In this document: positions 27,310-37,015 of the stretch, piece after piece
Numbering within the stretch: position 1 is the first letter of the stretch
Layout of the letters: the number at the start of each line of letters is the position of its first letter
NCBI GenBank assembly: GCA_964526965.1
Contig: CAZGML010000001.1
Location: forward strand, 19,667-83,666
Origin: an uncultured Sphaerobacteraceae bacterium
GTDB lineage: Bacteria; Chloroflexota; Chloroflexia; Thermomicrobiales; UBA6265
Reading direction: 5' to 3'
Length of the DNA stretch: 64,000 nt
Made by a program: the position numbers and the translations under genes
The notes under the pieces: generated by a model
What the model saw: the letters and a program-made list of their open reading frames with translations, nothing else
What the model was told of the DNA's origin: nothing
The model's database searches: none

Positions 27310-28947
27310 TTAGCGACCGAGGGCCATACCTTCGACGCGTGCGTCTGATCCACCGATCATCACGCCGCTTTCCGGATCGCGCGCAATGATCTGCGCCGCA
27401 CCGCCACCTCCGAAGTCCGCTTGCTGAACAACCCTGTGTCCACGATCAGCCAGCTCGGCGCGCAACGATTCATCGAACCGTGCTTCCATTCGCAACTCGA
27501 ACGGATTGTCTATCGTAGATGGGTCAGTTCCTGGCCAGCTGGTCCAGCGGGGCTGCTCAATTGCCGTTTGCACGTCGTAACCGGCGTCGATCAGGCCAGC
27601 AATCGCCTGCAGGTTCCATTGCGGCTGACCATCGCCTCCCGGTGTGCCGCCAACCAGAACCGGAACACCCTGCTCGCTCGCAATGAGATACGCATTGAGC
27701 GTATGCATGGATCGCTTGCCGGGCTCGTAAACGTTGGGATGCGATGGATCGAGCGAGAAGCCACGCCCGGCGCGATTATTCATCACAACGCCGGTGTCAC
27801 CAGCAACGATGCCAGACCCGAACGCCGCGGATACGGACTGGATCAGGGAGACCATGTTGCCCTCCCTGTCCATTGCGCAGAGGTAGGTTGTATCGCCACC
27901 TGAAAGCGTCCCGATAGTGGCTGTGTCTGCAGCCCAGGCCGGGTCGATCTGTGCGAATCGCTGGGCAGCGAAATCTTTATCGAGCAACTGCCCAACCGGG
28001 TTCTCCTTGCCGTGCGCGAGATATGCGCCGCGATCGGCATAGGTCATTTTCTTGGCCTCGACCATCGTGTGGATTGCCTCCGCCGCAAGCGGATCACTCA
28101 GATCGGCGTTTTCCACGATGTTGAGCGCCTCAAGCATCATGATCCCCTGACTGGGGATGGTCGTCTGGTAAACGGTGTGGCCGCGGTAGTTCACGGAATA
28201 GGGTCCGGAAAAATCCGTTTCGTAATCAGCGAAATCCTCGACGGTGAACTTGCTGCCCACAGACTGCAGGTAGGAGATCATTCGCTGGGCAAGGTCGCCC
28301 GAATAGAAGCTCCGGGGGCCATCGGACGCCAGGGTCTCGAGCGTATTGGCAAGGTCGGTTTGCACGATTCTGGTACCTGGAGCCGGATTATTCCCGTGGG
28401 CCAGGAAGATCGCGGAGGCGGCCTCATCCTTCTGAAGCAACTCCGCGCACTCGGCAATCGCCTGGGCACCCAACGGGTGCAAGGGATAGCCGTTGCGAGC
28501 GATATCGATTGCCGGTTCGGCAACCTGCGCGAATGACATCGTTCCATGCTGGTTCAGCAAATGAAAATAGGCATCCACCATTCCCGGCACGGCTATGGAG
28601 TGCGTCCCGTTATACGGCATTTGGTCGCCGCCGAGCTGCTTCATGAGATCATAGCTGGCACCTCGGGGAGACCGCCCACTTGCCTGGATTGACTGGGGCT
28701 GCTCTCCACGGGCCGAATAGACAGCAAAGAGATCGCCACCGAGACCGCACATCTCTGGCATAACCACTGCCGTCGCCAGGGCCGTACCAATAGCGATATC
28801 AAAGGCGTTGCCACCCTGGTGCAGAATGCGCATCCCCGCATCAACGGCAATCGGGTGCGCCGCGGCAATCATGGCGTTGTCGGCGTAGGCGGGATATGCC
28901 CGCCGCTGTACGAAGCGATCATCTGATTTCCCGAATCCAAGTGTCAT
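27310..28947 (-). CDS. ggt: Gamma-glutamyltransferase family protein without a signal peptide
   Basis: The start ATG 28947 ([12 protein letters not shown]) overlaps the stop of the upstream small ORF in the pattern ATGA. The autoprocessing region GGDTTYLCAMD and the GGTPGGDGQPQ motif are present. Confidence 0.85.
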   Translation of the reverse strand: MTLGFGKSDDRFVQRRAYPAYADNAMIAAAHPIAVDAGMRILHQGGNAFDIAIGTALATAVVMPEMCGLGGDLFAVYSARGEQPQSIQASGRSPRGASYDLMKQLGGDQMPYNGTHSIAVPGMVDAYFHLLNQHGTMSFAQVAEPAIDIARNGYPLHPLGAQAIAECAELLQKDEAASAIFLAHGNNPAPGTRIVQTDLANTLETLASDGPRSFYSGDLAQRMISYLQSVGSKFTVEDFADYETDFSGPYSVNYRGHTVYQTTIPSQGIMMLEALNIVENADLSDPLAAEAIHTMVEAKKMTYADRGAYLAHGKENPVGQLLDKDFAAQRFAQIDPAWAADTATIGTLSGGDTTYLCAMDREGNMVSLIQSVSAAFGSGIVAGDTGVVMNNRAGRGFSLDPSHPNVYEPGKRSMHTLNAYLIASEQGVPVLVGGTPGGDGQPQWNLQAIAGLIDAGYDVQTAIEQPRWTSWPGTDPSTIDNPFELRMEARFDESLRAELADRGHRVVQQADFGGGGAAQIIARDPESGVMIGGSDARVEGMALGR

Positions 28948-29138
28948 GAACGTGTCTCCCACCTGTGTTCTCGAAGTGCGTCGCGCTTGCCGGCCTCGCG
29001 CCATTTGTTCACCGGCGCGGCTATTTCATCCTCTTGCACTTTCGAAGCCATGGCAACTACGGCCGCAGCGATCGCCGCCTTCTCACGATCGTTTGGCTCT
29101 GGATATACGGATATTCGTAATTGCTGATCGTCGCTCAT
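28944..29138 (-). CDS. Candidate acyl-CoA carboxylase epsilon subunit (64 aa)
   Basis: Lies in ORF 28944..29216. ATG 29138 overlaps the pccB stop (ATGA). [57 protein letters not shown] resembles the LRV..G.P.EE.AA..AVL....W pattern of ACC epsilon peptides, which lie downstream of pccB in actinobacteria. Confidence 0.5.
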   Translation of the reverse strand: MSDDQQLRISVYPEPNDREKAAIAAAVVAMASKVQEDEIAAPVNKWREAGKRDALREHRWETRS

Positions 29139-30691
29139 AGGGGAATGTTTCCATGCTTGCGTTTCGGAACATGGACACGCTTGCTCCGGGCGATATCGAG
29201 CATGCGCACAAGCCACTGTCGCGATTCTTCCGGCTCGATCACTGCATCGATGTAACCGCGATTCGCAGCCTGGTATGGACTCGCGAACAAGTCTTCATAC
29301 TCCTGGATCAGCTCTGCCCGGCGTTCCGCGGGATCATCGAGCTCTTTGAGCTCCCGCCGAAACACGAGATTCACCGCAGCATCGGGACCCATAACCGCGA
29401 TCTCGGCCATCGGCCACGCAGCCACGAAATCCGCCCCGATGTGCTTGCTGTTCATCACTACATACGCGCCGCCATAGGCCTTGCGCATAATGAGTGTGAC
29501 CTTCGGCACCGTGGCCTCGGCGAAGGCATAGAGCAACTTGGATCCGTGCCGAATAATGCCGTTGTACTCCTGGTCTGTTCCAGGCAGGAAGCCGGGGACA
29601 TCCTCCAACACAACGAGGGGGATATTGAAGGCATCGCAAAAGCGCACAAACCTCGCCCCTTTTACGCTGGCATTGATATCCAATGTGCCAGCGAGCACGG
29701 AAGGTTGGTTCGCTACAACCCCGACGGCCTTGCCTTCGATGCGGCCAAACCCGACCACGATGTTCATTGCGTATTCAGGCTGAACTTCCATGAAGTCGCC
29801 ATCATCGACGATTTCGGCAATCACATCGTGAACGTCGTAGGGACGGCTGGTGTTCTCCGGGACGATGTTGAGGAGTTCATTAGCCATGCGCTCCGGTTCA
29901 TCATCTGGCTCGATTTCCGGCGCATCCTCGAGGTTGTTGGCAGGCAGGTACGACAATAGCTCGCGGACCTGATCGTTCAGATCATCTTCAGCTGTTGCCC
30001 GGAAGTGCGACACACCGCTCGTTGTGGAATGGGTCTCCGCACCACCGAGCTCCTCCAGCGACACGGCTTCTCCCGTAACCGTTTTGATCACATCCGGGCC
30101 GGTGATGAACATCTGGCTGATGTCGTTCACCATGAAGACGAAGTCCGTCATTGCAGGCGAGTATACAGCGCCACCGGCACAGGGGCCGACGATAATCGAA
30201 ATCTGTGGCACAACTCCACTCAATTTCACGTTACGGAAGAAAACCTCTCCGTAACCGGCAAGCCCCTCAACGCCTTCCTGGATGCGGGCGCCTGCAGAAT
30301 CGTTGATGCCGATAATGGGACAACCATACCTCTCGGCGCCATCCATGAGTTTCACCATTTTTTCCGCATAGGCTTCGCCGAGTGAGCCGCCGAACACAGT
30401 GAAATCCTGCGAAAACACGGCTACACGCCGGCCATCGATGGTTCCAAACCCGGTAACCACACCATCGCCCGGCGGGTGTTTGGCAGCCATACCGAAATCC
30501 GTAGCACGGTGCTTCACCATCGAATCGAGTTCGACGAAGGAGCCTTCATCCAGCAGCGCCAACACGCGCTGCATTGCACTCCGTTTGCCCCGGCTCTCTT
30601 GTTTGACTCGTGCGGATTCGTGCTGCTCCTCGATTTCGGCCCGTAGTTTTTGCAACCGCTCGTATCTGGAACTGGCGGATTCCGTCATCAA
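29135..30691 (-). CDS. pccB: Acyl-CoA (propionyl-CoA) carboxylase carboxyltransferase beta subunit
   Basis: 518 aa. [51 protein letters not shown] and AYGGAYVVM are present. Confidence 0.92.
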   Translation of the reverse strand: MMTESASSRYERLQKLRAEIEEQHESARVKQESRGKRSAMQRVLALLDEGSFVELDSMVKHRATDFGMAAKHPPGDGVVTGFGTIDGRRVAVFSQDFTVFGGSLGEAYAEKMVKLMDGAERYGCPIIGINDSAGARIQEGVEGLAGYGEVFFRNVKLSGVVPQISIIVGPCAGGAVYSPAMTDFVFMVNDISQMFITGPDVIKTVTGEAVSLEELGGAETHSTTSGVSHFRATAEDDLNDQVRELLSYLPANNLEDAPEIEPDDEPERMANELLNIVPENTSRPYDVHDVIAEIVDDGDFMEVQPEYAMNIVVGFGRIEGKAVGVVANQPSVLAGTLDINASVKGARFVRFCDAFNIPLVVLEDVPGFLPGTDQEYNGIIRHGSKLLYAFAEATVPKVTLIMRKAYGGAYVVMNSKHIGADFVAAWPMAEIAVMGPDAAVNLVFRRELKELDDPAERRAELIQEYEDLFASPYQAANRGYIDAVIEPEESRQWLVRMLDIARSKRVHVPKRKHGNIPL

Positions 30692-30841
30692 AACCTTCCT
30701 TCAGGCAATACACTCTATAGTGCTGATTGTAGCGTTGAAGTCGACACCCGGCAGCGAGTCCCGGCTCGGCGCTTGCGGAAACCTGGCCAGGAATACGCAA
30801 GTGAAAGCATCTCCCGCCGGCGGCGGGCGCAAGGAGCACGA

Positions 30842-32968
30842 ATGGCAAACGGCATCTACATTTCTTCGGCCGAAGGGCATACGGGTAAATCGATGATCGC
30901 GCTCGGACTCCTCTCGACGTTATCCGACGAAGGTATCGACGTTGGCGTTTTCCGGCCCGTAACGGCATCCCGCACCGAACCCGATGCGCTGCTCGAGCGA
31001 CTGATCCGGGAGGTCGGCATCGACGATGATGTTGAAGCCTGCATGGGCGTCAGCTACGAAGATGTGCACCAGGATCCGGACAATTCCCTCGTCACCATCA
31101 TCCAGCGATACAAGGCACTGGAAGCCCGCCACGAAGCAATGGTGATTTTGGGTTCGGATTATACGGATGTCACAACTCCCACCGAACTTGGTTATAACGC
31201 CCGCATTGCTGCCAACCTGGGCACGCAGGTGTTGCTGGTGCTGGGCGGACGCAACACCGATGATTCCACAATGGCCAACAGCCAGTTCCTTACCGGCGAC
31301 CCGCGCACTCCAGAAGACATTCGCCACATCGCCGAGGTTGCTGTCTTCGAACTCCACGCAGAGCACGCCGAGCTGGCGGGAATTGTGGTGAACAGGGCGG
31401 GATCAATGCGCCCTGAGTTCGCCGATATCCTGCGCCGAGATAACCTGATCGATGCCACAACACCGGTTTGGGTTCTGCCAGAAGATAAACGGCTGGTCTC
31501 GCCCACCATCGGCGACCTGTTGGAACATCTGGACGGCAAACAGGTGTACGGCAGCGAGGAAAGCCTGGAAAACTACGTTTTTGATTACCTGGTTTCCGGC
31601 ATGAACATGGAGCACGTGCTCGAGCGACTGATCGAGGGTGGTGTGCTGGTTGTGCCAGGGGATCGCACCGAGGTCTTGCTTGCCGTGCTTGTCGCCCAGG
31701 GAAGCAAGAACTTCCCTACGCTCTCGGGCATCATCCTCAATGGAGGGTTTGAGCTATCCCCCACTATTCGCAGATTGATTGAAGGCGCCGATTACGACAT
31801 CCCGATCGTGCAGACGAAACAGGGCACGTTCTTGACAGTGCTGGCGATCACCCGCACCCGCGCAGGATTTGCCAGCGCACCACAGAAGAAAATCGATTTG
31901 GGACGTCGCACCTTTGCAGAATGCGTCGACAAGAACCAGGTGCTGCAGATGTTCGATTCGGCACAGTCGGGTATCGTGACGCCGCTGATGTTCGAGCACA
32001 TGCTGATGCAACGCGCCGCCGGCAATCCACGGCATATCGTGCTGCCGGAGGGAGATGATGACCGCATCCTGATGGCGGCGGACGAAATCCTGCGCCGCAA
32101 CGCTGCCGAGATCACGATCCTTGGCGACGAAGAACGGATCAGGGCTCGTGCGGAAGAGCTTGGCATCAACCTCGACTCCGCAAAGGTGTTGAGTCCGAAC
32201 GACCCGGATCTGGTGGAACAGTTCGCGCAGGAGTATGCGCGGCTACGATCCCACAAGGGCATGACACTCGAAAAGGCGCGTGAGACAGTTCAGGATGTCA
32301 GCTACTTCGGCACCATGATGGTGCACATGGGCATGGCAGATGGCATGGTGAGCGGCGCCGCCCACACCACTGCACAAACAATTCGGCCGAGCTTTGAAGT
32401 GATCAAGACCACACCAGACGTCTCCATCGTCAGCAGTGTCTTCTTTATGGCGCTGGCGGATCGGGTGCTCGTGTATGGAGATGGCGCCATCAACCCGAAT
32501 CCAACGGCCGAACAGCTCGCGGATATCGCGATTAGTTCCGCGAAATCTGCAGACCAGTTCGGAATCGAACCGCGCATCGCCATGCTCAGTTACAGCACCG
32601 GAACATCCGGCATGGGTGACGATGTAGAGCGCGTTCGCACTGCCACGGAGTTGGTAAAACAACGGGCGCCGGAGTTGCTGGTAGAAGGTCCGATTCAGTA
32701 CGACGCTGCCGTAGATGCGAGCGTCGCCAAGAGCAAACTGCCCGATTCGGCAGTGGCAGGCCAGGCGACGGTTTTCATCTTCCCGGATCTCAATACAGGC
32801 AATAACACCTACAAAGCGGTGCAACGTTCGGCTGGCGCTGTAGCGATTGGCCCGATGCTGCAGGGCCTGCGGAAACCGATTAATGATCTCAGTCGAGGAG
32901 CGCTCGTGAAGGATATCGTCAACACCATCGCGATGACCGTGATTCAGGCACAGGGAGAGGATGCATGA
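30842..32968 (+). CDS. pta: Phosphate acetyltransferase, long form (AAA-like and DRTGG N-terminal region plus PTA domain)
   Basis: Start ATG 30842 follows AAGGAG (MANGIYISSAEGHTGKSMIALGL). The C-terminal PTA_PTB core is RHIVLPEGDDDRIL...GMADGMVSGAAHTTA...DLSRGA. Confidence 0.9.
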   Translation: MANGIYISSAEGHTGKSMIALGLLSTLSDEGIDVGVFRPVTASRTEPDALLERLIREVGIDDDVEACMGVSYEDVHQDPDNSLVTIIQRYKALEARHEAMVILGSDYTDVTTPTELGYNARIAANLGTQVLLVLGGRNTDDSTMANSQFLTGDPRTPEDIRHIAEVAVFELHAEHAELAGIVVNRAGSMRPEFADILRRDNLIDATTPVWVLPEDKRLVSPTIGDLLEHLDGKQVYGSEESLENYVFDYLVSGMNMEHVLERLIEGGVLVVPGDRTEVLLAVLVAQGSKNFPTLSGIILNGGFELSPTIRRLIEGADYDIPIVQTKQGTFLTVLAITRTRAGFASAPQKKIDLGRRTFAECVDKNQVLQMFDSAQSGIVTPLMFEHMLMQRAAGNPRHIVLPEGDDDRILMAADEILRRNAAEITILGDEERIRARAEELGINLDSAKVLSPNDPDLVEQFAQEYARLRSHKGMTLEKARETVQDVSYFGTMMVHMGMADGMVSGAAHTTAQTIRPSFEVIKTTPDVSIVSSVFFMALADRVLVYGDGAINPNPTAEQLADIAISSAKSADQFGIEPRIAMLSYSTGTSGMGDDVERVRTATELVKQRAPELLVEGPIQYDAAVDASVAKSKLPDSAVAGQATVFIFPDLNTGNNTYKAVQRSAGAVAIGPMLQGLRKPINDLSRGALVKDIVNTIAMTVIQAQGEDA

Positions 32969-34158
32969 GCACGATACTCGTCGTGAACTCTGGATCATCG
33001 TCTATCAAATACCAGTTGATCGAAATGGATGACGAGCATGTATTGGCGAAGGGCCTGGTTGAGCGGATCGGGACGAATCACGGCACAGTGAACCATACGG
33101 TCGATGGCACGGAGGAGACCTACAACACTTCGGTGCTGGATCACGTCTCCGGATTCAACGCCATGATCGCTGCCTGCGAGAAGTTTGGGCCAAACCTGAA
33201 CGAGGCGAACATCGTGGCGATTGGCCATCGCGTGGTTCAGGGCGGAGCGCGGTTCTTCACACCGACTGTGATCGACGATGCGGTAATCCGCACGATTGAG
33301 GAGCTCAGCCCGCTCGCGCCGCTGCACAATCCACCAAACCTGCTGGGAATCCAGGCTGCCCAAATCTCGTTTCCGGATATCCCGCATGTGGCGGTTTTCG
33401 ATACGGCGTTTCATCAGACCATGCCGCCCGAGACGTACACGTATGCGATTGATCGCAACCTCGCATCACAGTTCCGCATTCGGCGTTACGGGTTCCACGG
33501 TACCAGTCACAAATATGTGAGCGAGCTGGCCGCGAGGTACCTGGAGATGCCCCTGGAAACGGTCAACACCATCGTGTTGCACATCGGGAACGGGGTTTCC
33601 GCCACCGCAGTGCGGGGCGGCAAAAGCATGGAAACCAGCATGGGCCTTACCCCGCTGGAAGGGATGGTGATGGGTACCCGAAGCGGCGATATCGATCCAG
33701 GCATCATCTTCCATCTTGCGCGTGAAGCGGAAATGAGTTCCGCGCAAATAGACAACCTGCTCAATCGGCGCTCCGGGCTCCTCGGCATGACTGGTAGCGG
33801 CGACATGCGAGACGTGATGAAACGAGTTAACCAGGGCGACGAACAATCGAACCTCGCCCTGGATGTGTATTGTCACAGGCTACGCAGTTACGTAGGTGCA
33901 TATTACGCGCAACTCGGACGACTGGATGCGATCGCGTTTACGGCGGGTGTTGGTGAAAACGTTCCTGAAGTTCGGGCACGGACCCTGGCGAACCTTGAGG
34001 AAATGGGGATCGAAATCGATCCTGAGCGAAACCGGTCTGCAGAGCGAGGTATCCGCCGCATCAGCACGGATGACAGTCGCGTTGCCGTGCTTGTGATTCC
34101 CACCAACGAAGAGGTGGAAATCGCGCGACAAACGCTGGAGGCGATCTCTTCAGATTAG
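32965..34158 (+). CDS. ackA: Acetate kinase
   Basis: ILVVNSGSSSIKYQL, RRYGFHGTSH and FTAGVGEN are present. The start overlaps the pta stop (ATGA). Confidence 0.95.
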   Translation: MSTILVVNSGSSSIKYQLIEMDDEHVLAKGLVERIGTNHGTVNHTVDGTEETYNTSVLDHVSGFNAMIAACEKFGPNLNEANIVAIGHRVVQGGARFFTPTVIDDAVIRTIEELSPLAPLHNPPNLLGIQAAQISFPDIPHVAVFDTAFHQTMPPETYTYAIDRNLASQFRIRRYGFHGTSHKYVSELAARYLEMPLETVNTIVLHIGNGVSATAVRGGKSMETSMGLTPLEGMVMGTRSGDIDPGIIFHLAREAEMSSAQIDNLLNRRSGLLGMTGSGDMRDVMKRVNQGDEQSNLALDVYCHRLRSYVGAYYAQLGRLDAIAFTAGVGENVPEVRARTLANLEEMGIEIDPERNRSAERGIRRISTDDSRVAVLVIPTNEEVEIARQTLEAISSD

Positions 34159-35165
34159 GGGCGTCCGCGCTGTCGCAGATATTTGACGTGACCGAACATC
34201 GACTCCCAGATGTCCCACACACCGATCAACACCACGATTCCGAGGATGATGTTGTTGGCATATTTGCCGATGAAATTCCAGTCGCCGAGATCCGAACGCA
34301 ACGCTTGAATCTCCGGATTGAGGATATCGCCGCGAGACACCAGTAGCGCGAAGAACCCTATCCAACCGGCGGAGAGCAGCACGTTCACCACGGTGACGCT
34401 GCGCGTCCAGTTCCCGACCATGAACGACCATACCGCCACGAGGACATTGGCAATCACAAGGATGATGAGTCCCCACAGCCAGAGGGCGGAAAGTTGTGGA
34501 TTGAACGCCGGAAGTTCGGCCGGAAGGTCCATGAGCTCGTTCAACCCAAGCGCTCCCATGCCATCGATCGCCAACCGATACACATACCAGGCGAACAGAC
34601 TGACGGGCACGATTTGGAACACCAGATCGAATTTGCCGATCTGGCGGCCAGTTTCGATTTCCGGGAGATCGTCGATCGACCAGTCAGATTTCGGGATGAG
34701 TGATCCTTCCATCTCTGGTGTTACCCCGACGCGCTCTACAACCAGGTATGTGAGGGTGACCCAAAAGAAGGCATGGATCGCGAAATTGAAGCCGGAGCCG
34801 ACGGCCTCAATCATCACCTCTCCCACGTTCATGTCCGGATGTGCTGCATTAGCGGCGGCGGTAATTGCGACGACAATCGGAGTCACAAGGAGCAAGAGTG
34901 TTCGCATAATGAACCACCATGATCCGAACAGTTCTGGCCCGACGAGGTAGCGCGGATTTCTTCGGAACTGAGCGGCGAACTTCTTCGGATCACCCAGTTC
35001 CTCGACAGCCGCTCGCTCTGCTTCTTCCCGGTCGAGCCCATCGTCCATGCGGGCCTCGACAATATCGTTCAGTGCGGCGCGGACGTCGCGCTCAACCTCC
35101 GCCTGATCGCCTCCAGGAAAGCCATCATTCGTTGCTGCAATGTAGCGGTCGATGATTGATGTCAT
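34155..35165 (-). CDS. PadR-associated integral membrane protein (permease-prefix / DUF1700-like N-terminus)
   Basis: ATG 35165 overlaps the padR stop (ATGA). A soluble head IDRYIAATNDGFPGG...AVEELGDPKKFAAQF is followed by about six hydrophobic helices. Confidence 0.7.
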   Translation of the reverse strand: MTSIIDRYIAATNDGFPGGDQAEVERDVRAALNDIVEARMDDGLDREEAERAAVEELGDPKKFAAQFRRNPRYLVGPELFGSWWFIMRTLLLLVTPIVVAITAAANAAHPDMNVGEVMIEAVGSGFNFAIHAFFWVTLTYLVVERVGVTPEMEGSLIPKSDWSIDDLPEIETGRQIGKFDLVFQIVPVSLFAWYVYRLAIDGMGALGLNELMDLPAELPAFNPQLSALWLWGLIILVIANVLVAVWSFMVGNWTRSVTVVNVLLSAGWIGFFALLVSRGDILNPEIQALRSDLGDWNFIGKYANNIILGIVVLIGVWDIWESMFGHVKYLRQRGRP

Positions 35166-35503
35166 GATGTCTCTCCGTTGAGATCGTTGAGAACCCGGCT
35201 TAACCGATTCCATTCGGTCAGTATTGCCTTGCGAACCTCATCGCCTTGAGTCGTGACCCGGTAGTACTTGCGAGGGCGAGATTCTTCCGTGTTCCAGATG
35301 GATTCCAATAGCCCCTGCTTTTCCATTCGTCGCAGTAAGGGATAGAGCGTGTTTGCTTCTGTATCGATTCCAGAGTCGTTGAGCAAATCGATAAGCGCGT
35401 ATCCGTAACGAGGCTCATCCAACACCGACAACACTGCGATCACGACCGTTCCGCGACGGATTTCGTGGATATGCGGCTGGTACAGCTCGTCATCTATGCT
35501 CAT
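35162..35503 (-). CDS. PadR family transcriptional regulator
   Basis: Start at ATG 35503. The winged-helix core is PRYGYALIDLLNDSGIDTEANTLYPLLRRMEKQGLLESIWNTEESRPRKYYRVT. Confidence 0.88.
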   Translation of the reverse strand: MSIDDELYQPHIHEIRRGTVVIAVLSVLDEPRYGYALIDLLNDSGIDTEANTLYPLLRRMEKQGLLESIWNTEESRPRKYYRVTTQGDEVRKAILTEWNRLSRVLNDLNGETS

Positions 35504-35509
35504 GTCGGT

Positions 35510-35539
35510 ACAATACTGTGCGTAACACACTATTGTCAA
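35510..35539 (-). promoter_or_regulatory. padR promoter (TTGACA-18-TATTGT) with an embedded 27-bp inverted repeat; predicted leaderless transcript
   Basis: The minus strand reads TTGACAatagtgtgttacgcacagTATTGTaccgacATG. The palindrome ACAATA-n-TGTG-n5-CACA-n-TATTGT spans 35510-35536. Only 6 nt separate the -10 box from the ATG. Confidence 0.45.
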
Positions 35540-35650
35540 ACGCCACTTTGGAGGGCCACCGGAGCATAGGATTAATTGCATTCAGACAAGAATCGACCCG
35601 ACCGGGAGGATCCTGGTCGGGTCAATGTTCATGTTACGCGAAGCCGATGG

Positions 35651-36583
35651 TTAGAAGCCCTTGGCCTTCTCGTAGAGCTTGTTGGCGATTTCGAGGATCT
35701 CCTCCGGTGCGTAATCCGGCGCGAAGCTAGATGCGATACCGGCAAGATGCTGCAGGTCGCCTCCTTCAGGCGGAGCATCAACGAACTCCAGGGGGCCAGG
35801 GTTACCCTCTGCGTATGCCTCTGGGGCCTCACCATTCCAGATGGCAGCCGCTTCGCTGTAATCGTTCACGGAGAATCGATAGAGCTTGCGGTGGGATCCG
35901 TGGTCAATGAACTTCTTCGCTTCCGGGAAGTCAGCGTTCGGGATATTCGGGATGGGAAGCATCTTCGCCATCTCCACACCCGTCAATGTCTCCAGTGCCT
36001 TCGCGTAGGCAAGGGCGTGAACACCACCACGGACGAAGAGGAATCCGAGCATCTCTCGTGCTGCCGGGTTCCTGGTCATGTGGTACACGCGCAGCTTTTG
36101 GGTGCGGGCACCGTTCTCCAGGAAGAAGTTGTGAAGTAGATCGAGGATCAGGTTACCGCTACTGAAGACATTGTCTCCTGTCCACGGAGCACCACGGGAA
36201 TCCACGGGCAGTGCTGTCTGACCGGAGTTGATGAAGTGATGCGGGTTGTAGCCACCGGGAAGGTTAGCCCACGGACCACTGGTTGGATCATCGAGCGGAT
36301 CCCACTCTTGGCGAGGGCCGTTGAGCAGTGAGTTGATCGACGCTGCAACGATCTCGATGTGGCCATTTTCTTCCGCCGCGATGTTGGAAATAAGCGCGTA
36401 GTACGGCTTGAGCTTGTCTCTGTTGCGGAAGTTAAATGATTGATAGGTATAGTTCATGAGTGTAGACATCTCACCGAACCGGCCACCCAACAGTTCCTGC
36501 ACGTTCTTTGCGGCCTCTGGATCGGCCTCGGTTGACATGGGCAGAGACACTGGCAGGCGGTCGATACGTAATTGCATAGACAT
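35651..36583 (-). CDS. Manganese catalase
   Basis: 310 aa. VQELLGGRFGEMSTLMNYTYQSFNFR...IAAEENGHIEIV is the di-Mn ferritin-like catalase signature. AAGGAG lies upstream. Confidence 0.9.
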   Translation of the reverse strand: MSMQLRIDRLPVSLPMSTEADPEAAKNVQELLGGRFGEMSTLMNYTYQSFNFRNRDKLKPYYALISNIAAEENGHIEIVAASINSLLNGPRQEWDPLDDPTSGPWANLPGGYNPHHFINSGQTALPVDSRGAPWTGDNVFSSGNLILDLLHNFFLENGARTQKLRVYHMTRNPAAREMLGFLFVRGGVHALAYAKALETLTGVEMAKMLPIPNIPNADFPEAKKFIDHGSHRKLYRFSVNDYSEAAAIWNGEAPEAYAEGNPGPLEFVDAPPEGGDLQHLAGIASSFAPDYAPEEILEIANKLYEKAKGF

Positions 36584-36704
36584 TACTCCTTTTCCCGAGT
36601 GTTTCGGGGTATGTGCCGTGGCGAGATGAAGGGGATGTACATCGGCCTTTGCGGCACCCGTATATACACTGTATCAACTTGATTCACCAGGAGCAATAAA
36701 TAAC

Positions 36705-36720
36705 AGTGAACGGGTTCACA
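36705..36720. promoter_or_regulatory. CRP/FNR-type palindrome candidate upstream of the Mn catalase gene
   Basis: AGTGA-ACGGGT-TCACA compares with the consensus TGTGA-N6-TCACA. The inner part GTGAAC-GG-GTTCAC is a perfect inverted repeat. It lies about 125 bp upstream of the catalase ATG. Confidence 0.25.
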
Positions 36721-37015
36721 ACTAAACGAAATATCAGCGACAGTATAGGGAATAGACTTGACTACCACCCGAATTCTTCGCCGCTTACTACAATCCGTGA
36801 TGACATCGACTTGATAAGCCTGGTATTTCACTTGGCGTGCGATGACTGAGCGGCTTGTGCCTGCCGGAACGTCTTGGCGTTTTTTGAGGAGACTGGCGAT
36901 TGCCGGATTTCTTCCGGGCGACAAGTGAGTATCGCCTTCTTCCAGAAGTGTGTTGGTTGCAGGAACCAATCCGCGCCGGGCTGCGTCCCATTAGTAATCA
37001 ATAGAAGGAGAAGCA

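Noticed and set aside
30650-30841. The N-terminal 64-codon extension of the pta ORF
   Set aside because: It would overlap the pccB start on the other strand. ATG 30842 has an AAGGAG box and begins the conserved MANGIYISS...GHTGKS N-terminus.
36583-36969. A 128-aa minus-strand ORF in the catalase upstream region
   Set aside because: It would overlap the catalase start codon. It has no SD or motifs and sits in an AT-richer regulatory spacer. I treat it as non-coding.
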